64,000 nt of DNA. It comes from Sphingomonas sp. (GTDB lineage: Bacteria; Pseudomonadota; Alphaproteobacteria; Sphingomonadales; Sphingomonadaceae). Position 1 is the stretch's first letter; every line of letters begins with the position of its first letter. Shown here one piece after another: positions 37,330-45,919 of this stretch. The stretch spans positions 104,151-168,150 of the forward strand of contig NZ_CBDFKR010000004.1 of NCBI RefSeq assembly GCF_965248875.1, in the 5' to 3' direction. The translations under genes were made by a program, and so were the position numbers. Below the pieces are notes generated by a model. The model had not been told where the DNA came from and searched no databases. It saw only the letters and a program-made list of their open reading frames with translations.

Positions 37330-38034
37330 ATGACAACGCCCGTCGAGCAGCCGGTCAGCAACCACCGTCGCCAGCGCCTGTTGTTGGCCGGACTGTCTAC
37401 CATTGCGCTCGCGCTGGCGCTTGTCCCGCGTCAGGAACGCGCGCTGTTCATCACGGAGGCCGTCGGGCTGCGCGCGTTCGCCGCCGCCGTACCGCCGCCG
37501 ATCGATTTCGCCAGCCTGGCGAGACTGCCCAACCTCGTCGACTCGGTCGGCCCGCGCGGCTTCTATGCGCGCACGCCCGGACGGCCGGTGGGGTCTAACC
37601 GGCGCAGCGCGGCGCCGGTCGCCGAGGATTTCACGACGCCCACCGCCCCCTTCGTCCCCGACGATCAGCCTGTCGCCGGAGAAGGTCAGGGGCCGACCAT
37701 CCAGAATGCCGCGGTACCGGCCTTTCCTTCGTCGCCCGGCGATGCGTTTCCGTTCCTGCCGGCGGGGCTGAACCAGCCCGGCGCGAGCCCGGTGGCGCAG
37801 GCGGTGACGCCGACCACCCCGATCGCGACAGCGACCCCGACGCCGACGGCGACCGCCACCCCGACCCCGACCCCGAGCGCATCGCCGACACCGACCCCGG
37901 CCGCCACGGCGACGCCGGTCGTGCCGGCCGTGCCGGAGCCCGCGACCTGGGCGCTGATGATCCTGGGGTTCGGCGGTGTCGGCGGGTTGCTGCGGCGCGA
38001 CCGCGGCACGGCCGATCGGCTTCGCCGGGTCTGA
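37330..38034 (+). CDS. PEPxxWA-CTERM sorting-domain protein with Thr/Pro-rich linker
   Basis: C-terminus VPEPATWALMILGFGGVGGLLRRDR, preceded by TPTTPIATATPTPTATATPTPTPSASPTPTPAATATP. Confidence 0.8.
   Translation: MTTPVEQPVSNHRRQRLLLAGLSTIALALALVPRQERALFITEAVGLRAFAAAVPPPIDFASLARLPNLVDSVGPRGFYARTPGRPVGSNRRSAAPVAEDFTTPTAPFVPDDQPVAGEGQGPTIQNAAVPAFPSSPGDAFPFLPAGLNQPGASPVAQAVTPTTPIATATPTPTATATPTPTPSASPTPTPAATATPVVPAVPEPATWALMILGFGGVGGLLRRDRGTADRLRRV
37858..37875 (+). repeat. (ACCCCG)x3 in-frame tandem hexamer encoding Thr-Pro
   Basis: Read directly at 37858-37875, within a longer degenerate ACN-CCG tract (about 37800-37920). Confidence 0.7.
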
Positions 38035-38064
38035 CGCCCGGTCTGCGCTCGGGCCCGACGCCGG

Positions 38065-38550
38065 TTAGCGCAGCTCCAGCTGGCTGCCGCGGAACGTGAT
38101 CGAGCGCATTTGCGACAGGGCGCTCTGACCGAGCAGCGAGACGTCCAGATCGCGCTGGACAATGACGGCGTCGACATCCGCCAGATCCTGACCGGCGAGC
38201 GCCAGCCGCTGCAGCCGTGCTCGATGCATCGGCGCGGACCCGCCTGCCGTGTCGACGCTGACCCCGCCATGAGAGACGACGCCCGCACGCGCGGCGTCGG
38301 CGGCGTTGAGGATCACGACGCTGGCGCCCGAATCGACGACGAAGCGGACGGGGGCGCCGTTCACCTTCGCCTCAAGATAGAACAGTCCGTCGCGTGCCTG
38401 GTCGATCACCAGCGGCTCGCCAGCCGAGGGCGGGGGCGCAAGCGGAGGCTGCGGCGATACGACCTCGGGCGCCTGCGCCATGAAGGCTTTCGGGCCCCCG
38501 GCCGCGGGAGCCAGAACCAGCGCGAGTGCGACGGGCATCAGCCTGAGCAT
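38065..38550 (-). CDS. Retropepsin-like (clan AA) aspartic protease, secreted or membrane-anchored
   Basis: Signal/anchor MLRLMPVALALVLAPAAG, then FYLEAKVNGAPVRFVVDSGASVVIL (D-S-G-A active-site loop) and ..LLGQSALSQM.. as in the bacterial DTGA protease family. Confidence 0.75.
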   Translation of the reverse strand: MLRLMPVALALVLAPAAGGPKAFMAQAPEVVSPQPPLAPPPSAGEPLVIDQARDGLFYLEAKVNGAPVRFVVDSGASVVILNAADAARAGVVSHGGVSVDTAGGSAPMHRARLQRLALAGQDLADVDAVIVQRDLDVSLLGQSALSQMRSITFRGSQLELR

Positions 38551-38609
38551 GGCCGCACCCTACCGGCCGCACCTTAAGGAATTGCCGCGTCCTTGTTGTT
38601 AACGCGCGG

Positions 38610-39479
38610 TCAAGTACTTACGGGTTCGCCATGCACCTGCCGGTCGATGCGGCGCACGCGGCGCCGCTGGAACAGGCCGAGCGCCAGCGCCAGCAAGGCG
38701 CCGATCACCAGCTGCACCGCCGTCGTGATGTACGGCCAGCGCATCGCGGCCGGTTCGGCGAACAGGACGTAATGCGGCTGATCGACCTGATAGCCGGCGT
38801 AGCGGAACAGCCGCACGATCTCGCCCGGCAGGCCGTTGCGCTTCAGCACCCCCGTCATGGTCATGGCGCCCGCATTGGTGCGCGCGTCGGCGGGAGCGAA
38901 CTGAACGAAATAACGCAGCTCGTTGCCGCCCTGACGCGCGCCGACGACCGGCGCAAAGCGGAAGGTGCGCCGCGCCACCAGCATGTCTTCGTCAAACCCC
39001 GCGGTGCGCTCGTACAGCACGGTGCCCGACAATTCGGTCGGCCCCTCGTGCGGCTCGGTCAGTGCGGGCCGGGTCAGGTCGATATGCTGCACCGGCCCCC
39101 GCTCGCTCGGCAGCAGCAGCATCATCACCAAGATGAGCAGCGCGATCGCCCCCATCCCGATCACGGCGCCGATCACGGCGCGCAGGAAGGTGCGCGCGGA
39201 CCGGAACAGCAGCGCGTCGGGCCGGTCGTCCTCCGCCAGCGCGCGCGGCCGCAGGAAGATGAGATAGCCGGGCAGGCACAGCAGCAGGACCAGCAGGACG
39301 TAGTTCAGCGTCGCATAGTGCCGGCCGAAGGCGTTGAACTGCCACTCGCCGATCAGCGACATGATCCCTTCATATTTCGCAGCCTGCCAGAACAGGAACA
39401 GGCCGACGATCACGACCCAGGCGGCAAAGCCGGCGATCCTGGTGACCGACAGGCGTTGTTGAGTCCGCCGACTGGTCAT
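38610..39479 (-). CDS. Hypothetical polytopic membrane protein
   Basis: Three N-terminal TM helices, a soluble segment of about 130 aa and one C-terminal TM helix. No recognisable motif. ATG 39479. Confidence 0.55.
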   Translation of the reverse strand: MTSRRTQQRLSVTRIAGFAAWVVIVGLFLFWQAAKYEGIMSLIGEWQFNAFGRHYATLNYVLLVLLLCLPGYLIFLRPRALAEDDRPDALLFRSARTFLRAVIGAVIGMGAIALLILVMMLLLPSERGPVQHIDLTRPALTEPHEGPTELSGTVLYERTAGFDEDMLVARRTFRFAPVVGARQGGNELRYFVQFAPADARTNAGAMTMTGVLKRNGLPGEIVRLFRYAGYQVDQPHYVLFAEPAAMRWPYITTAVQLVIGALLALALGLFQRRRVRRIDRQVHGEPVST

Positions 39480-39648
39480 GCACTTCCTCTCTTCGTTGGC
39501 GGCATGGCCTACTGCATAAGCCTTGGAATGTCTCAAACAAAGACGACGGCGGTGGGTTGCAATCGGGGCCGCATGCCCGCGGGGAAAGCGCGTGGCGCGC
39601 GGGGCAAACGCTGCTAAGCAGCCCGCCAACAAACGGCTGGAGGACCGA

Positions 39649-40533
39649 ATGACCACAATGCCCGTCACCGCATCGCGTCGCACGCGGCGCCGGCTGCCGC
39701 TGCTTGCCGTCGCGATCGCGCCGCTGCTGATCATGGGCTGCCAGAAGAAGCCGGGCGGCCAGGTCGTCGCGGTGGTCGGGTCGGAAGAGATCACCCAGCC
39801 CGAGCTGCGCGCGGAGGCCGATGTTGCCGGCGTGCCGGCCGGCACCGACATCCAGACCTATGCGCCTGCGATCCTGGATCGCGTGGTGCAGCGCAACCTG
39901 CTGGCGCAATATGCCCGCGATCAGAAGCTCGACCGCGGCCCTGAATATGTCGCGCGTCGCCGCCAGCTCGAACAGTCGCTGCTCGCCAACTTGGCATTGA
40001 AGCGGATCGCCTCCGCGCAGCCGGCGCCGACCCCGGGCGAGGTGCAGGCCTTTATCCAGCAGAACCCGGCCACGTTCAGCGGGCGGGCAAGACTGACGCT
40101 GGATCAGGTGCGCTTCCCCGCGCCGACCAACGTCAACAGGATCAAGGAGCTGGCGGCGATGCCATCGCTCGACGCGATCGTCGCCCGGCTGCAGGCGGAG
40201 CATGTCCCGGCCGGGCGCGGACGCGCCGTGCTCGACACCGGCACCGTCGAATCGATGGTCGCGCGCCAGATCGCCTCGCTTCCCAACGGTCAGCTGTTCG
40301 ACCTGACGGTGAACGGCATCACCTTCATCAGCGCGGTGGTGGATCGGCAGCCTGCGGCGACCGCCCCGGGCACGTGGAACGAATCGGCAACCGCCATGCT
40401 GCAGCGCGAACGGGTGCAGAAGGCGCTGGTCGCTGAAATGGCGAAGCTGCGAGCCGCTACGCGGATCACCTATGACCCCGCCTTCCAACCCGCTGCCCGG
40501 CCCAGCGGCCAGGCTACCGGTCGCGCACGGTGA
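39649..40533 (+). CDS. SurA/PpiD-like peptidyl-prolyl isomerase, EpsD family (exosortase-locus associated)
   Basis: Lipobox LLIMGCQ, SurA-N-like ..VVGSEEITQPELRAE..ILDRVVQRNLLAQYA.., and a degenerate parvulin-like C-terminal half. GGAGGA lies upstream of ATG 39649. Confidence 0.6.
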   Translation: MTTMPVTASRRTRRRLPLLAVAIAPLLIMGCQKKPGGQVVAVVGSEEITQPELRAEADVAGVPAGTDIQTYAPAILDRVVQRNLLAQYARDQKLDRGPEYVARRRQLEQSLLANLALKRIASAQPAPTPGEVQAFIQQNPATFSGRARLTLDQVRFPAPTNVNRIKELAAMPSLDAIVARLQAEHVPAGRGRAVLDTGTVESMVARQIASLPNGQLFDLTVNGITFISAVVDRQPAATAPGTWNESATAMLQRERVQKALVAEMAKLRAATRITYDPAFQPAARPSGQATGRAR

Positions 40534-40804
40534 CAAGCGCGCCGCATTACCGGCTTCCTCCAGAGCGTAGCGCGGCGGAAATCGCCGGGTTGGAGCGGGG
40601 CTTTGCGGTTTGCTGCACCGCCGAGCGACAATCGTACTGATCCATGCTGCAGTGCGATGTCTCGAATCGGGATTCGGCGATTTTTGGACCGACTCCGGAC
40701 TGGACTCGATCGCTAAAGAATGATTAAACGAAATCGAGAAGGGAGCGCTTCCGCGTTCCTATGATGGCTTGGTTGCCGGTTTGGCATCGCAAGGGGGCAT
40801 GACA

Positions 40805-41527
40805 ATGCGTAAGTATATGCTGGCCGGCGCTACCGCCGCGCTGATGACATCGGGGGCCGCGATGGCTGCTCCTCCTCCCACGGTTCTCTTCACCCCTGGC
40901 GTGTACACCGTTCCGGCGTACACCACTGCTGCGGTGTTCGAGGATTTCAATAACGGCGGCGTCGCCAATGGCGGTCAGTTCACGACGCCGGCGGTCAGCC
41001 CGTACACCGAGACGAAGACTGGTGACGTCCGGGTCTATCCGGGCACGCAGAACCAGCCTGGCGTCGCGCTTCAGCCCGACGGTTCGCCCGATGCGTATCT
41101 GGCGATCGTGAACGGCACCTTCAACGTCGCCTTCGGCGCCGGTGTGACGCTGTTCTCGTTCTCGTTCGGCTCGCTCGACAACTACAATACGGTTGCGATT
41201 ACCACGACCGATGGGTCGGGCTCGACCGTGACGACCTATTCGGGACTCGGCATCACGACTGGCCTGACCGCCAACAACACGGCGCCGGGCGCGACGCCTG
41301 CACCGTTCGCCGGGCCGAACAACACCGGGCGGATCACCTATGACACGCTGGGCCTGTCGCGCATCACCAATGTCGCGTTCAGCTCCACGCAGGCTGCCTT
41401 CGAGATCGACGCGCTCGCCGCTGCCGTTCCGGAGCCCGCTACCTGGGGTCTGATGATCCTAGGCTTCGGCCTCGCCGGCGCCGCGCTGCGGGTCCGTCGT
41501 CGCAAGGTGGCGTTCGCCGCCGCCTGA
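40805..41527 (+). CDS. PEPxxWA-CTERM sorting-domain surface protein
   Basis: Signal peptide MRKYMLAGATAALMTSGAAMA, FSFGSLDNYN motif, and C-terminus VPEPATWGLMILGFGLAGAALRVRRRK. Confidence 0.85.
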   Translation: MRKYMLAGATAALMTSGAAMAAPPPTVLFTPGVYTVPAYTTAAVFEDFNNGGVANGGQFTTPAVSPYTETKTGDVRVYPGTQNQPGVALQPDGSPDAYLAIVNGTFNVAFGAGVTLFSFSFGSLDNYNTVAITTTDGSGSTVTTYSGLGITTGLTANNTAPGATPAPFAGPNNTGRITYDTLGLSRITNVAFSSTQAAFEIDALAAAVPEPATWGLMILGFGLAGAALRVRRRKVAFAAA

Positions 41528-41543
41528 TCTACAGCATTTCGTC

Positions 41544-41586
41544 AAAGAAGCGTCACCTCTGCGGAGGTGGCGCTTCTTTGCGTTTG
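41544..41586 (+). terminator. Rho-independent terminator after the PEPxxWA gene
   Basis: AAAGAAGCGTCACCTC-tgcg-GAGGTGGCGCTTCTTT (16-bp stem with one G-U pair), followed by GCGTTTG. Confidence 0.65.
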
Positions 41587-41621
41587 TGCTATGGTGCAGG
41601 TGAGGTCCGGGAAGGGCGACG

Positions 41622-41870
41622 ATGACGGTCTTCGATATCTTGACGCTGGCCCTGTTTGGCGGGCTGATCGTGTTGTTTCTGGAGAGGTCTATCGGAAATG
41701 CGCCGGCGCATGATCCGCTCTGGCGCTATCTGGTTGCAGCCAGCGGCTGTGCTGCGACCAATTATGTCGGCAATCAGGGCTATTCGATGATCGCCGTCGT
41801 CATGCTGGTCGCGACACTGGCCTATATCGTCTACGTTCTGCGGCCATTCGATCGCCTGTCGCAGCACTGA
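41622..41870 (+). CDS. Small (82 aa) three-TM membrane protein of unknown function
   Basis: MTVFDILTLALFGGLIVLFL..WRYLVAASGCAATNYV..MIAVVMLVATLAYIVYVL. Has its own position between a terminator and the epsI/exosortase genes. Confidence 0.55.
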   Translation: MTVFDILTLALFGGLIVLFLERSIGNAPAHDPLWRYLVAASGCAATNYVGNQGYSMIAVVMLVATLAYIVYVLRPFDRLSQH

Positions 41871-42063
41871 TCGCTGCCGCGACAAAGGAGCGGGTGCGCC
41901 GAGATCGTCGATTGCCCCGCCTCACGCAGAGCGGTTCGTGCTCGTCAACCGGGCCACGGCGGTGACCGGCATGCACGCACGGGGCTGCCGGTAAAATGGT
42001 TCGGGGGATCAGCCTGGCCGAGACACCGGGCGCTTCGGCAGTCAGTCGACGCAACCTCGACCG

Positions 42064-42759
42064 TCACCCCACCCCGATCAACACCTGCCGGCCGGCCGGG
42101 GTTGCGGTCGCAACCATCTCCTGGGCGAATCGGGCCAGTTCGCTTTCCGCCCCCCGGTCGTCCGGGCCGATCGACGACACCCGCACCAGGATGCCGTCGG
42201 GCACCGTCCCGCGCAGCACGCTCCGGATGATCGTCGCATATTCCTGCGCCGTGTTGCGCGGGAAGCGGTCGGCGATCCGCGTCCAGTAGAGCACGCGCTC
42301 GGTGCGCTCGTCGCGCCGCGCGGTAAAGCCGCGCGCCTGCACGGGTAGCCCGGGCGCCAGCGGGAGGTCCGAATCGGCGAACGCGCTGAGCCGGAAGCCT
42401 TGGCCGGGATAGCAGGTCTCGGGCCGATGGAGTTGGAGGCTGCCCCCCTGCGTGCTGCCATAGGCGATCAGCAGCATGATCGTCGGCAGGCCCGGCGCGA
42501 CATAGACCCGCGTCAGCAGTTGATCATAGCCGTCGGTATTCGCCACCTCCTCGGTCGGCACGATCACCCCCGCAGGCGCCGTGACGCTCCACTGCCCGAC
42601 CCGGCGTGCGATCAGGTCGCCCAGCTTGCGATGCGCGAGCCGGTGCTCGGTATGGCGCGGCTGCACCCCCCAGGCTGCTGCCGACGTCAGCGCCATCGCG
42701 CCGCCGATCACCAGGCCGCGCCGGGAGATTCCCGGCCGCGGAAGCAAGGACTCAGTCAT
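42064..42759 (-). CDS. EpsI-family exosortase-associated protein
   Basis: N-terminal anchor, then ..LHRPETCYPGQGF.. and ..RVLYWTRI..-type EpsI motifs. ATGA overlap with the exosortase gene. Confidence 0.7.
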   Translation of the reverse strand: MTESLLPRPGISRRGLVIGGAMALTSAAAWGVQPRHTEHRLAHRKLGDLIARRVGQWSVTAPAGVIVPTEEVANTDGYDQLLTRVYVAPGLPTIMLLIAYGSTQGGSLQLHRPETCYPGQGFRLSAFADSDLPLAPGLPVQARGFTARRDERTERVLYWTRIADRFPRNTAQEYATIIRSVLRGTVPDGILVRVSSIGPDDRGAESELARFAQEMVATATPAGRQVLIGVG

Positions 42760-43652
42760 GCCGGTTCTCCCCGCCGGCCGGCCCACCGGCTCAGCACCGA
42801 ATCGATCGCGATCGTCCCGGCCAGCGCCACCGCAAACATCGTCATTCCCGCAAACTGGTGCAGGAAGCCCTGCGCCGCCTCGTTTCCCATGTAATAGGTG
42901 ATGAGGATCAGCAGGATGACACGGACGAAATTGGCGAGGACCGCCATCGCCACGATCACCGCGGCCATCATCAGGACATAGGCCGGCCGCGCGCTGTGAC
43001 GGATGTAGACGTAGAACAGCCCGATCGCGCTGAGGCTGATGATCGAGTTGAGGCCGCTGCACGCGGCCTTCACCTCAAGCGCATATTGACCGATATAGAT
43101 GGTCAGCCCCGACTGCGCGACGGGCAGCCCCAACTGCGCCAGCAGCGAGACGGCAATGCCGGAAATGCCGAGGCGCAGCGGCTGGGTAGCGGTCGCCACC
43201 CAGCTACCCGGCGGGGGCAGCACGAACAGGAAATAGGCGATCGGAAACCACGCCGCCTTCATCGCGCGCCATCCGACCAACAGATAAAGCGTCGCGACAA
43301 GGGCGCCGTACATCGCCGCGCTTTCCAGCACGATGCTGCCGGCGACGCGCGCGACCATGTAGCTGAGCAGACAGATCGCTAGCGCCGCGCCGCCGCGCAG
43401 CGCCGAGCCGGGCGCCGCCAGGGCGCGGATGGCGGACCAGCGTCTGAAGAACAGCCATAACGCGATCGCGAGCACGATCGGGCCGTGTGCGCCCTGCTCG
43501 GTCGACCAGGATACCGCCGCGATCCCCTGCATCGTCGGCACGACCAGCAACGCAGCGCCGATCAGCAACGGCAGCAGCCGCCAGTCGATTCGCAAGGCGG
43601 GAAGCGGGCGGCGCAGCCTGGGCGGCGTCAGCTCGGCATGCGTAGTCGACAT
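42756..43652 (-). CDS. Exosortase (XrtA-like; subtype to be decided by HMM, possibly the Sphingomonadales type)
   Basis: About 8 TM helices, conserved active-site region LEVKAACSGLNSIISL, and adjacent EpsI, EpsD and PEP-CTERM cargo genes. Confidence 0.8.
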   Translation of the reverse strand: MSTTHAELTPPRLRRPLPALRIDWRLLPLLIGAALLVVPTMQGIAAVSWSTEQGAHGPIVLAIALWLFFRRWSAIRALAAPGSALRGGAALAICLLSYMVARVAGSIVLESAAMYGALVATLYLLVGWRAMKAAWFPIAYFLFVLPPPGSWVATATQPLRLGISGIAVSLLAQLGLPVAQSGLTIYIGQYALEVKAACSGLNSIISLSAIGLFYVYIRHSARPAYVLMMAAVIVAMAVLANFVRVILLILITYYMGNEAAQGFLHQFAGMTMFAVALAGTIAIDSVLSRWAGRRGEPA

Positions 43653-44198
43653 GATGGGTGGCTCGTCAGAATGGTGATTCGCACGATCCTTTAGCGTGCC
43701 CGGACCGTCCATCCGATTAACGACCCGCGACCGCGCCCTGTTCTCGGGGTGCCGACGTCAGGTGAGGACCAGTATAGCGCAGTCTTGCCGGGTGCAGGCG
43801 CCGACCATCGTCCGCATCACGAGACACCCTGCCCGGATCGCAGCGGCCGATCACCGCTGGCGATCCATGCGCGCCGGTGATCTCAGGAGGTGAGGAGAAA
43901 GGCCAGGGCCGCCCAGATCAGCAGCGATACCGCACCCGCCATGGCGAGCCAACGCAGGCGAGACTTACGCATGGCCGGGGCGGAACGACGCGACGTTCGC
44001 ACACGCGGGGACCAAGCGGGCGACGCTCTCCACGATCGTTCGACCAGCGCACCGCCGGCGATCCAAGCACGCACCGCGCCTCTCCTTTGTTCCTTTGTCC
44101 TTGCTATACGAAAGCGCAAGGCATCGACAAGTTCCGCGACCGCTTCAACGGGCTGTTAACGTGTCGGGATTAGCCGTCCGCCTCGAGGGGCGACTGCC

Positions 44199-44660
44199 AT
44201 GCTGACCGCGTTGAAGCCAGTTTTCGAATCGGATGATCGCCGGTGGGAGCCGCGCGAGACGATCGGCTGCCCCAGCACGGTGCGCGCCGATGGAATGACG
44301 CCGATCGAAGTGGTTGTTCAGGATCTGTCGGCAGGTGGATTTTCGTTCCGCTCGGCTGATAGGCTGCCGGTCGGAGCCGCGGTGCAGGTCGGGCTGGCCG
44401 GATCGGGCGCCGCGCCGGCTACCGTCGTCCGCGTCGAGGGTGTCGAGCATGGCTGCGCGTTCGTGCAGCCGCTGTCGCCATCAAGGCTCGCGGCGGCGTT
44501 CCAGAACGAAACTGTCGTCTATGGCGTGTTTGGCACGGACAATGCGCGCGTCGTGCCGCAGCCTGTTGTCGAAAAATGGTCGCGTCCGGCGCGTGGGCTC
44601 GCCTGGCTGATCGGCGGCGGTATCCCGTGGATATGCCTCGCCGCGGCGCATTTCGCCTAG
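44199..44660 (+). CDS. PilZ-domain protein with C-terminal hydrophobic tail
   Basis: Both c-di-GMP-binding motifs are intact: RRWEPR (RRxxxR) and DLSAGG (DxSxxG). C-terminal tail GLAWLIGGGIPWICLAAAHFA. Confidence 0.8.
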   Translation: MLTALKPVFESDDRRWEPRETIGCPSTVRADGMTPIEVVVQDLSAGGFSFRSADRLPVGAAVQVGLAGSGAAPATVVRVEGVEHGCAFVQPLSPSRLAAAFQNETVVYGVFGTDNARVVPQPVVEKWSRPARGLAWLIGGGIPWICLAAAHFA

Positions 44661-44831
44661 TCCCTAGCCCCTGGCGGTGGCACGGTCGCAAGGCCGATCG
44701 GGCAGGTGACGTGATGATGGCTGGCAACGCCAGTCACAGGTGCCGCCCAAGCTGTCGGACCAAACGGCCTAGAGGCTTGCCGAGTCGATCGACGTCCAAT
44801 ATTTGCCGCCTGTCCGCACGGAGTATGCGTC

Positions 44832-45506
44832 TTGGGTCTGTTCAACGAATGCCGCCGATTGATGGCGCTGCCCGCGGCATTGATGCTCGTGCTGACCGGC
44901 ACGGCCTGCGCGTCGGCGCAGACACAGGCTATGCCGGTGACGGCGAACGCGCCCGTCACAGCCGCGCCGGCGCCATCTGCAGCTGCGGTGACGCCGGCTG
45001 TGACCACGACCGCCGCACCAACGCCGGCCGCCGGTAGCGAAGACGAATACACGCTGGCGTCGGGCGACAAGATCCATGTGATCGTGTTCGGCGAGGAAAC
45101 GCTGACCGGCGACTATGTAATCACCAGCGGCGGCAACCTGACCTTTCCGCTGGTCGGCACGTTGCGCGCCACCGACAAGACCGTCGAGCAGCTGCAGACC
45201 GCGCTGACCACTGCGCTGGCCGATGGTTACATCAACAATCCCCGGGTCAGCATCCAGGTCGTCTCATTCCGGCCCTTCTACATTCTTGGCGAGGTAAACC
45301 GGCCCGGCGAGTACCCGGTATCCACGGGCTTGACGCTGCAACAGGCGGTCGCATCGGCGGGCGGCTATACCTATCGCGCCAACAACCGCCGGGCGTTCGT
45401 CAAGCGTGCCAACGAGACGCAGGAACGGCTCATCGATCTGCGCGAAGGCGTGCCGGTCGTGGTGCATGCAGGCGATACGATCCGGATCGGCGAACGGCAC
45501 TTCTAG
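44832..45506 (+). CDS. Polysaccharide export protein (Wza/EpsE-like: Poly_export plus SLBB)
   Basis: YTLASGDKIHVIVFGEE..LTFPLVGTLRATDKTVEQLQ..ILGEVNRPGEYP. Lipobox-like LTGTAC. TTG 44832 or ATG 44862. Confidence 0.85.
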   Translation: MGLFNECRRLMALPAALMLVLTGTACASAQTQAMPVTANAPVTAAPAPSAAAVTPAVTTTAAPTPAAGSEDEYTLASGDKIHVIVFGEETLTGDYVITSGGNLTFPLVGTLRATDKTVEQLQTALTTALADGYINNPRVSIQVVSFRPFYILGEVNRPGEYPVSTGLTLQQAVASAGGYTYRANNRRAFVKRANETQERLIDLREGVPVVVHAGDTIRIGERHF

Positions 45507-45919
45507 AAGCGGGGGTTTACGGAGACGTCGCATCCGGTCCGCCGGGGGTCGGCATCTTCGCCAAGCATATTCGGTCAACGTCTGCTCGTGCGCTGTCTGA
45601 AGAGCTGCGGCGCCGCTGCGCCGTCAGCAGAATCCTATTGCGGTAAATCGTAGCTGCGCACGTCCTGCCGCTTTTTGCACGGGCCGTTCGGAAGATTGTC
45701 ATTATTGCCGTGCTACCCGCCCGCCCTCGAGTGGCGACATGGCCGTGCGTGTGCTGTCAGGCGCGCCTCGGCGAACGCGACCCGCTCACTGCCGCCCAAA
45801 ATGGGACAGAACGCGTGCTAGATTCTGAAAACCACCCCAATCGGCTGTTGTCCGACTCGAACGAAGATGAGATAGGCAATGCTGCACTGCGGGATGGCCG
45901 TGGGCAGCGCCAAAGGGGC

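Noticed and set aside
40534-40804. AT-richer 270-bp leader of the third cargo gene, searched for sigma-54 (PrsR-type) or other promoter motifs
   Set aside because: I found no GG-N10-GC element with correct spacing and no clear -35/-10 pair that I could defend. No PrsK/PrsR-type regulator is present in the window.
43877-44173. Two overlapping plus-strand ORFs (98 aa and 89 aa) in the exosortase-PilZ spacer, preceded by GGAGGTGAGGAG
   Set aside because: The translations are Arg/Gly/Thr-rich with no hydrophobic core or motifs. The purine-rich stretch is simply the complement of the Leu/Thr/Ser codons at the 3' end of the minus-strand micro-ORF.
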